Assembly: GCF_050235535.1 (NCBI RefSeq)
Contig: NZ_CP189852.1
Coordinates: 5,056,278 to 5,088,277 of the forward strand
Length of the DNA: 32,000 nt
From: Aliinostoc sp. HNIBRCY26
Lineage (GTDB): Bacteria; Cyanobacteriota; Cyanobacteriia; Cyanobacteriales; Nostocaceae
Direction of reading: 5' to 3'
Shown one piece after another: positions 19,451 through 25,578 of the stretch; the stretch's first letter is position 1; each line of letters starts with the position of its first letter. Position numbers and translations under genes: made by a program. Under the pieces are notes generated by a model, which made no database searches, was not told the origin of the DNA, and worked only from the letters and a program-made list of their open reading frames with translations.

Positions 19451-19650
19451 GCTCGTGAACCTAATATACGATTCGTAAATCTAATTTCTGAGTCGTAAAT
19501 CTGATTTAGAACTCGTGAATCTAATTTCTGAGTTGTAAATCTGATTTAGAACTCGTGAATCTAATTTTTGAGTCGTAAATCTGATTTAAAACTCGTGAAT
19601 CTAATTTCTGAGTCGTAAATCTGATTGAGAACTCGTGAATCTAATTTGCG
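19451..19650. repeat. Tandem array of ten 20-bp units (five 40-bp A/B double units), no spacers
   Basis: Units are in exact 20-nt phase and alternate ACTCGTGAATCTAATTTCTG with AGTCGTAAATCTGATTTAGA. The first two units are degenerate. The array is non-coding (period not divisible by 3) and lies 320-520 nt upstream of ROCO-TIR paralogue 1. Confidence 0.9.
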
Positions 19651-19677
19651 GGATGTGCGGCTTGTTATTGAAACTCT

Positions 19678-19759
19678 GATCCCCCTAAATCCCCCTTAAA
19701 AACGGGGACTTTGATGTTTTTCTTGTTCCCCCCTTTTTTAAGGGGGGTTAGGGGGGATC
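19678..19759. repeat. 82-bp palindromic GATC-ended element (copy A)
   Basis: GATCCCCCTAAATCCCCCTTAAAAA...TTTTTTAAGGGGGGTTAGGGGGGATC. It is near-identical to 19888-19970, and a partial internal copy lies at ~19809-19840. Confidence 0.8.
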
Positions 19760-19887
19760 AAAACGATGCAGGATCAAGTGAGAAGACTTGTGTGTAGACT
19801 GTAGCTTCAAAAGGCGGACTTTGATGTTTTTTCTGGTTTCAGGCTACGGTGTACACACATCTGGGTGCTGGGTGGAAAATATGGTTT

Positions 19888-19970
19888 GATCCCCCTAAAT
19901 CCCCCTTCAAAAGGGGGACTTTGATGTTTTTTCTTGTTCCCCCCTTTTTTAAGGGGGGTTAGGGGGGATC
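19888..19970. repeat. 83-bp palindromic GATC-ended element (copy B), forms part of the left inverted repeat of the DUF559 unit
   Basis: It has the same arms and core as copy A. A reverse-oriented, interrupted copy lies at 20392-20543. Confidence 0.8.
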
Positions 19971-20015
19971 AAAACCATGCTTTCAAGCATTCTAGCTGGA
20001 TAAACACTAGCAAAT

Positions 20016-20402
20016 ATGACGAAAAACCTCAAAACTGGCGATTTTCATTTACCTTACAATCCAAAGCTTGTAGAAAGAGCAAAAGAACTTCGCAAAAACA
20101 TGACCCCAGCAGAAAAAAAGCTATGGTGTGAGTATCTGAGAGATTTTCAATTTCGGGTTTTAAGACAAAGACCAATTCATCATTTTATAGTTGATTTTTA
20201 CTGTCCTAATTTACAACTAGTTATTGAAATTGATGGGGATAGCCATTTTACAGATGAAGGTCAAGATTATGATCTGGAGAGAACGCAGATTCTGGAAGGC
20301 TATGGTTTAAGGGTTATTAGGTTTACGAATAGTCAAGTTTTAAATGAGTTTAATAGTGTGTGTCAGCAGATACAGGAGTTGATCCCTCCTAACCCCCCTT
20401 AA
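20016..20402 (+). CDS. DUF559 domain protein (Vsr/restriction-endonuclease-like fold)
   Basis: 128-aa ORF. The pattern LPYNPKLVERAKELRKNMTPAEKKLW...LRQRPI..FIVDFYCP...LVIEIDGDSH...D..R...L...G..VIRFTN..V is the classic DUF559 pattern. The last codons (IPPNPP*) are encoded by the flanking repeat arm. Confidence 0.85.
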   Translation: MTKNLKTGDFHLPYNPKLVERAKELRKNMTPAEKKLWCEYLRDFQFRVLRQRPIHHFIVDFYCPNLQLVIEIDGDSHFTDEGQDYDLERTQILEGYGLRVIRFTNSQVLNEFNSVCQQIQELIPPNPP

Positions 20403-20613
20403 AAATGGGGGAACAAGAAAAGAATTAAAGTCCCACACTCAATTCAATTCTTTGCACCATTTGTCATTTGAAAATGGGATAACAAAAAAACAATCAAAGT
20501 CCCCCTTTTTAAGGGGGATTTAGGGGGATCAAACCACATTTCCCACCCAGCACCCAGATATATATACACCATAAGGAGTAGAATCAAAATCACCCTTTTA
20601 AATCAGTTATCAG

Positions 20614-20778
20614 TTATCAGTTACCAGTTATCAGGCGTATACTTCGACAAGCTCAGTAACAGGTGGGGGATTTAGACCCGCCACCAACGCATTCCACCTG
20701 GAGGTGTGGTGTTTCACCAGGGATAAATAGATCACTGATAACTGTTTACTGTTCACTGTTCACTGTTAAATGGGGATT
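20614..20778. repeat. Inverted heptamer arrays (TCAGTTA x4-5 at 20614-20645; ACTGTT[TC] units at 20746-20778) bracketing a ~100-nt GC-richer core
   Basis: Read directly from the sequence. The core contains a TACTTCGACAAGCTCAGTA copy and two short GC hairpins (GGTGGGGG..CCCGCCACC and CCACCTGGAGGTGTGG). Confidence 0.7.
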
Positions 20779-21000
20779 TAGGCGCATCAAAATAACTGGC
20801 ACACGGTGTTACTTTTAACTCATATACCTTATCTAAACAGCAAATCTACTTATAACTGCTCAATCTAAATAATTAAAAAATTCTGTAGCTTTACTCAAGC
20901 TAGTACATCTGCTGATTGCGTACTCTAATGGTAGCTAAAGAACTAAGTGTTGATTAACATTAGTCTTTCATATTCACTACATTGCCAAAAGGAAAATCTT

Positions 21001-21387
21001 ATGTCGCAACGGAGACGAGACTCAATTGCACTGACTAAAGCTGAACGTCGGATTGAAAGATTGGAGACGATTAACTCTGACTTAGATTTTGGTAATGGCT
21101 TGTCAGTCGCTACTTACAAAAATATGGTTAGTGAGTTACGAGATAAGTTAGCGGCTTATAATCAAGCACGAGCAATAGTAGAGAAAACGCAGAATGCTTT
21201 ACTAGAAGCGGAACGTGCTTTAAATGATTATTCTGAGCATATGTTATTAGGTGTTGCGTCTCGCTATGGCAAAAATAGTGATGAATATGGGATGGCTGGT
21301 GGAACGCGCAAATCAGACCGCAAAAAACCACGTCCATCAGTAGCTAAGTCTATGGTAGTACCTGCGGAGTCAACAACAACGGCATGA
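21001..21387 (+). CDS. Hypothetical 128-aa helical/coiled-coil protein with basic C-terminus
   Basis: The ORF track starts at 20947. The ATG at 21001 is preceded by AAAAGGAAAATCTT and gives MSQRRRDSIALTKAERRIERLE... I recognise no family. Confidence 0.55.
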   Translation: MSQRRRDSIALTKAERRIERLETINSDLDFGNGLSVATYKNMVSELRDKLAAYNQARAIVEKTQNALLEAERALNDYSEHMLLGVASRYGKNSDEYGMAGGTRKSDRKKPRPSVAKSMVVPAESTTTA

Positions 21388-21394
21388 AATGTAA

Positions 21395-21421
21395 GTTGGG
21401 TTGCGCTGCGCTTAACTCAAC
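21395..21421 (+). terminator. Hairpin GTTGGGTT-N11-AACTCAAC followed by ATTTATCTT
   Basis: 8-bp stem (one G-U pair) 8 nt after the stop of the 128-aa gene, with a modest T-rich tail. Confidence 0.4.
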
Positions 21422-21453
21422 ATTTATCTTAAAAACTCAACAAAGATTTTGGT

Positions 21454-21479
21454 GTTGGGTTTCCTTACGTCAACCCAAC
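21454..21479. terminator. Hairpin GTTGGGTT-N10-AACCCAAC in the convergent spacer
   Basis: Perfect 8-bp stem 18 nt beyond the ROCO-TIR paralogue 2 stop. It belongs to the same repeat family as 21395-21421 and has no U-tract. Confidence 0.35.
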
Positions 21480-21496
21480 CCACATGACATCTAATT

Positions 21497-24400
21497 TTAC
21501 TCATCTATGCGGTTGCTAATCGCCTGCAATAATTCCTCAAATTCTGACTCGCTGTGAATGTCGGGGGTGAGGGTGTTCATATCTTTCAGCAGGTTGGTAA
21601 GTTCAGCGATGGTGTTGCGAATTTCGGTGTATTGATCAATTTCTTCTCGAAATCCCTGTAAATTAGCGGCGGAAACTCCTTTCATGGCTTCATCTAATTC
21701 TTTGATTTGGTCTTCCCAATGTTTAATATATTTAATTCTTGCAACAGGTTTATAAATTTGGGCATCTGCTAACACAATCGGAAAAATTCGGTCATAAAAT
21801 TCACCATTCTTAGCAATTTGCACCAATTCAAACATACAGTTGGGCGATTTTAAATATTTATCACTAATCACAGCAATTACACATTTACCCCGTCCAATCT
21901 TTTCCATAAATGCTTTAATGAGACCTTTATAACCTAAGTTTCGCTTATCTCTAATAATGGTGATGCCTTTAGTTTGTAAAACTTCGTCTAAGTGATTAAC
22001 ATAGGTTTCACTTTCTCCACCCCAAGCATAGGAAATAAAGATTTCCTTCTCATATTCTGATGTGGATGAATTAATCATTTTATGTTGTTCTCTCTCTTGT
22101 TCTAGTTGCTTTTGTAAACGCGTTACTTGAGGATTGATTTCCTCATATTCTCGTTCGGAGGTGAACATCACATCATCAATTAATCTACGCACATCTACCA
22201 TTTCATAGCTGTTTTCGCATTCAACTTGATAGCGACGAGCATTTAAGCGTTTGCGGAGAGATTCCAAAGAATAAAAATGAGGAATTGGCAGATTTATGCA
22301 CATTTCACAGTTACAGGGAACTAGAGTTTGATATTTTAAAGTTTCATAAGACTTGTGGATTTTTTCTAATTCATGGGTGACAACTGCCATAAGTTCTTTT
22401 TTGCGATTTCCGGCTACACGAATTTTAATTTCTCGCTGATTGTAATTTTCTATGACTTCGGCGCGAGTTTGGTCTTTGTGGAGAACAACGCCAGTTTTCC
22501 AAACGTGTTTTTGCCATTCAATCCAAGGGTGTGTTTCCACAATAAAACGGGTAATCATACCTTTCGGCATGAAGTCATAGGTGTAGCGAAGTATTAAATT
22601 GTTGGTGTCGTTCCAGGTATAGTCAGGTTGTTCAATGGAAAGTAATTGCGGCGCGATGTAAGTACCAGGACGGCTAGGAATTTCGTAACATAGTTTGAAC
22701 CGCATCATTAATTGCAGCAGTTCATCTTGCATTTGGGAATATTCATCATCTTGCCAAATATTTTTTAGGTCATCTTGTGTAAAACAACCAAGGTTTTGCT
22801 TGACAGTATCATTATCTAAAACTTTGTAAACCGCAGTAGTTCCCCATTCTGGTTTGAGGATGACGTAGTGTTTGAGTGTGGCATCATCTTGGAAGTGGAG
22901 AAAAACACCAAGGTCGTGTAAATAGCTACTCAACCGCAGCATATCTTTGCGGTCTGTTAAATTATTGACTCGGCAAAGATTGCAGTATTCTTCTTGGGTG
23001 ATGTAATTACGGGGATAGTTTTCTAATGCGGCTCTGACTCTCACCCAGAGTTTTGGTAGCGGTGTGCCAACATGGGGAAGTCTGCTGATGTAAAGCTGAA
23101 TTGCGTCTTTAATTTCTGCTAAACCGCGATTGGTGTCTAAGTTAGTAGCCAAAACTTCTTTGAGATTGGTAAACTCTCCACGTAACTGGCGTTCATTGAC
23201 TTCACATTGGCAGTCTTGTTTTTCGTTCTTGATAATCAGAACTGGACTTTTATCGCTGAGGAGTTCGACAACATTTAGCCACCAGTAGAAATCAGTGTTT
23301 TCTCTGCGGTCATCCGCTACTAAAGCATAAAGAGAACGCTTGCTGAGGAAAAATTGATGGGTTTGGTGATAGATTTCCTGTCCGCCAAAATCCCAGATAT
23401 TCACACGAAAGTCTTGACCGTTAGGTTGGGTAAAGTGCCAACGGATAACCTCTATACCTTCGGTTGATTCTTCATCTGGTTGGAGTTGGTAATTTTCGTC
23501 TTGGATTTTCTTGGCTAAAGATGTTTTACCTGCTCCCCCTTCGCCAACAATTAAGAATTTGGCTTCATATAAAGGTTCGGTTTCGGCTGGGTCTTGTACC
23601 TGGAAATAGAAATTAAGGATTTTGTTTACATCACCAGGATCTTCAAATATGTTCTTTGACCCCAAAATCTCAGGCGGAATGGGAACTGGATTTCTACGAA
23701 GGTCAAGTTTTTCCAGGTTTTTTAGTTGCCGAATTTCCGGTGGCAGACTGCTCAGTTGATTACTGCTGAGGTCGAGATATCGCAGGTTGACCAGTTGGAC
23801 AATTTCCGGTGGCAGACTGCTCAGTTGATTACTTCTGAGGTCGAGATATCGCAGGTTGACCAGTTGCCGAATTTCCGGTGTCAGACTGCTCAGTTGATTA
23901 CTTCTGAGGTCGAGATATCGCAGGTTGACCAGTTGCCGAATTTCCGGTGGCAGACTGCTCAGTTGATTATTGTAGAGGTGGAGCGTTTGCAGGTTGACCA
24001 GTTTTCCAAATTCCGGTGGCAGACTGCTCAGTTGATTTCTGCTGAGGTCGAGATATCGCAGGTTGACCAGTTGCCGAATTTCCGGTGGCAGACTGCTCAG
24101 TTGATTTCTGCTGAGGTCGAGCGTTTGCAGGTTGACCAGTTTTCCAAATTCCGGTGGCAGACTGCTCAGTTGATTTCTGCTGAGGTCGAGCGTTTGCAGG
24201 TTGACCAGTTTTCCAAATTCCGGTGGCAGACTGCTCAGTTGATTTCTGCTGAGGTCGAGCGTTTGCAGGTTGACCAGTTTTCCAAATTCCGGTGGCAGAC
24301 TGCTCAGTTGATTATTGTAGAGGTCGAGCGTTTGCAGGTTGAGCAGTTGGACAAATTCCGGTGGCAGACTGCTCAGTTGATTATTGTAGAGGTGGAGCGT

Positions 24401-25492
24401 TTGCAGGTTGACCAGTTTTCCAAATTCCGGTGGCAGACTGCTCAGTTGATTATTGTAGAGGTCGAGCGTTTGCAGGTTGAGCAGTTGGACAAATTCCGGT
24501 GGCAGACTGCTCAGTTGATTCTCTTGGAGGTGGAGCGTTTGCAGGTTGACCAGTTTTCCAAATTCCGGTGGCAGACTGCTCAGTTGATTCTCTTGGAGGT
24601 GGAGCGTTTGCAGGTTGAGCAGTTGGACAAATTCCGGTGGCAGACTGCTCAGTTGATTTCTGCTGAGGTCGAGCGTTTGCAGGTTGACCAGTTTTCCAAA
24701 TTCCGGTGGCAGACTGCTCAGTTGATTATTGTAGAGGTCGAGCGTTTGCAGGTTGAGCAGTTGGACAAATTCCGGTGGCAGACTGCTCAGTTGATTCTCT
24801 TGGAGGTGGAGCGTTTGCAGGTTGACCAGTTTTCCAAATTCCGGTGGCAGACTGCTCAGTTGATTCTCTTGGAGGTGGAGCGTTTGCAGGTTGACCAGTT
24901 TTCCAATTTCCGGTGGCAGACTGCTCAGTTGATTCTCTTGGAGGTGGAGTGTTTGCAGGTTGACCAGTTTTCCAATTTCCGGTGGCAGACTGCTCAGTTG
25001 ATTCTCTTGGAGGTGGAGCGTTTGCAGGTTGACCAGTTTTCCAATTTCCGGTGGCAGACTGCTCAGTTGATTATTGTAGAGGTTGAGCGATTGCAGGTTG
25101 ACCAGTTTTCCAATTTCCGGTGGCAGACTGCTCAGTTGATTAAATCTGAGGTCGAGCGTTTGCAGGTTGACCAGTTTTCTAAATTCCGGTGGCAGACTGC
25201 TCATTTGATTACTGCTGAGTTCGAGCGATTGCAGGTTAACCAGTTGGACAATTTCCGGTGGCAGACTGCTCAGTTGATTACTGCTGAGTTCGAGCGATTG
25301 CAGGTTGACCAGTTTTCCAATTTCCGGTGGCAGACTGCTCAGTTGATTACCCCAGAGGAAGAGCGTTTGCAGGTTAGTAAGTTGACCAATTTCCGGTGGC
25401 AGTGTTGTTAAGCCTTTGAAAGAAAGGTCTAATTCTGTCACATTGTCTTTGGCAGCTTGTGCAATAATTTGCAGCAGTTCTTCTTTGGTCAT
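21497..25492 (-). CDS. LRR-Roc-COR-TIR protein (ROCO family GTPase with C-terminal TIR domain), paralogue 2
   Basis: 1331-aa ORF. aa 28-602 form 25 x 23-aa LRRs. The Roc GTPase has G1 GEGGAGKT (650-657) and G3 DFGGQ (701-705), and the G4 position reads NEKQD (756-760). A COR-like region follows, then a Cys-rich module VPCNCEMC...C (1058-1107). aa 1149-~1245 are TIR-like with SPNCMFEL (Glu1222), followed by an ~85-aa tail. Confidence 0.9.
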   Translation of the reverse strand: MTKEELLQIIAQAAKDNVTELDLSFKGLTTLPPEIGQLTNLQTLFLWGNQLSSLPPEIGKLVNLQSLELSSNQLSSLPPEIVQLVNLQSLELSSNQMSSLPPEFRKLVNLQTLDLRFNQLSSLPPEIGKLVNLQSLNLYNNQLSSLPPEIGKLVNLQTLHLQENQLSSLPPEIGKLVNLQTLHLQENQLSSLPPEIGKLVNLQTLHLQENQLSSLPPEFGKLVNLQTLHLQENQLSSLPPEFVQLLNLQTLDLYNNQLSSLPPEFGKLVNLQTLDLSRNQLSSLPPEFVQLLNLQTLHLQENQLSSLPPEFGKLVNLQTLHLQENQLSSLPPEFVQLLNLQTLDLYNNQLSSLPPEFGKLVNLQTLHLYNNQLSSLPPEFVQLLNLQTLDLYNNQLSSLPPEFGKLVNLQTLDLSRNQLSSLPPEFGKLVNLQTLDLSRNQLSSLPPEFGKLVNLQTLDLSRNQLSSLPPEIRQLVNLRYLDLSRNQLSSLPPEFGKLVNLQTLHLYNNQLSSLPPEIRQLVNLRYLDLRSNQLSSLTPEIRQLVNLRYLDLRSNQLSSLPPEIVQLVNLRYLDLSSNQLSSLPPEIRQLKNLEKLDLRRNPVPIPPEILGSKNIFEDPGDVNKILNFYFQVQDPAETEPLYEAKFLIVGEGGAGKTSLAKKIQDENYQLQPDEESTEGIEVIRWHFTQPNGQDFRVNIWDFGGQEIYHQTHQFFLSKRSLYALVADDRRENTDFYWWLNVVELLSDKSPVLIIKNEKQDCQCEVNERQLRGEFTNLKEVLATNLDTNRGLAEIKDAIQLYISRLPHVGTPLPKLWVRVRAALENYPRNYITQEEYCNLCRVNNLTDRKDMLRLSSYLHDLGVFLHFQDDATLKHYVILKPEWGTTAVYKVLDNDTVKQNLGCFTQDDLKNIWQDDEYSQMQDELLQLMMRFKLCYEIPSRPGTYIAPQLLSIEQPDYTWNDTNNLILRYTYDFMPKGMITRFIVETHPWIEWQKHVWKTGVVLHKDQTRAEVIENYNQREIKIRVAGNRKKELMAVVTHELEKIHKSYETLKYQTLVPCNCEMCINLPIPHFYSLESLRKRLNARRYQVECENSYEMVDVRRLIDDVMFTSEREYEEINPQVTRLQKQLEQEREQHKMINSSTSEYEKEIFISYAWGGESETYVNHLDEVLQTKGITIIRDKRNLGYKGLIKAFMEKIGRGKCVIAVISDKYLKSPNCMFELVQIAKNGEFYDRIFPIVLADAQIYKPVARIKYIKHWEDQIKELDEAMKGVSAANLQGFREEIDQYTEIRNTIAELTNLLKDMNTLTPDIHSESEFEELLQAISNRIDE
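23687..25411 (-). repeat. 69-nt coding tandem repeat (25 LRR units) inside ROCO-TIR paralogue 2
   Basis: Near-identical 69-nt units. Three consecutive units are perfectly identical (24082-24288). There is also a 138-nt higher-order alternation. Confidence 0.9.
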
Positions 25493-25537
25493 TTACATCG
25501 TTAAAATTGATTGTCTCACCTATTTTTTCAGTTCTGA
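25493..25537 (-). promoter_or_regulatory. Conserved 45-nt 5' leader (second copy), ending in ATG-TAA-ATG
   Basis: 42/45 nt are identical to 19129-19173. It is followed upstream by AAATCCA/AAAATCC short repeats that fill the 86-nt gap to the cyclase-family gene. Confidence 0.4.
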
Positions 25538-25578
25538 AATCCAAAATCCAAAATCCCAAAATCCAAAATTGGTATAAG

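Larger units (their letters stand above)
19846..20583. mobile_element. Candidate 738-bp selfish unit: ~80-bp inverted repeats enclosing a single DUF559 endonuclease gene
   Basis: 19846-19925 is the reverse complement of 20504-20583, with 7 mismatches in 80 nt by hand alignment. The only ORF in the loop is the DUF559 gene, and I found no target-site duplication. Confidence 0.45.

Noticed and set aside
19451-19650. Possible CRISPR array
   Set aside because: The repeats are contiguous 20-mers with no unique spacers. They lack the typical 28-37-nt repeat length, and no cas genes are in the window.
19934-20131. 65-aa ORF starting MFPPFLRGVRGDQ
   Set aside because: It is encoded by the palindromic repeat arm and overlaps the DUF559 gene in another frame, so it is a repeat-derived artefact.
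23726-25411. 561-aa ORF on the + strand (and its smaller analogue at 18328..18756)
   Set aside because: It is antisense to the LRR arrays. The frame is open only because one stop-free 69-nt unit is repeated. Its translation is a monotonous FRWQTAQLI... repeat, and the sense-strand LRR-Roc-COR-TIR reading is far better supported.
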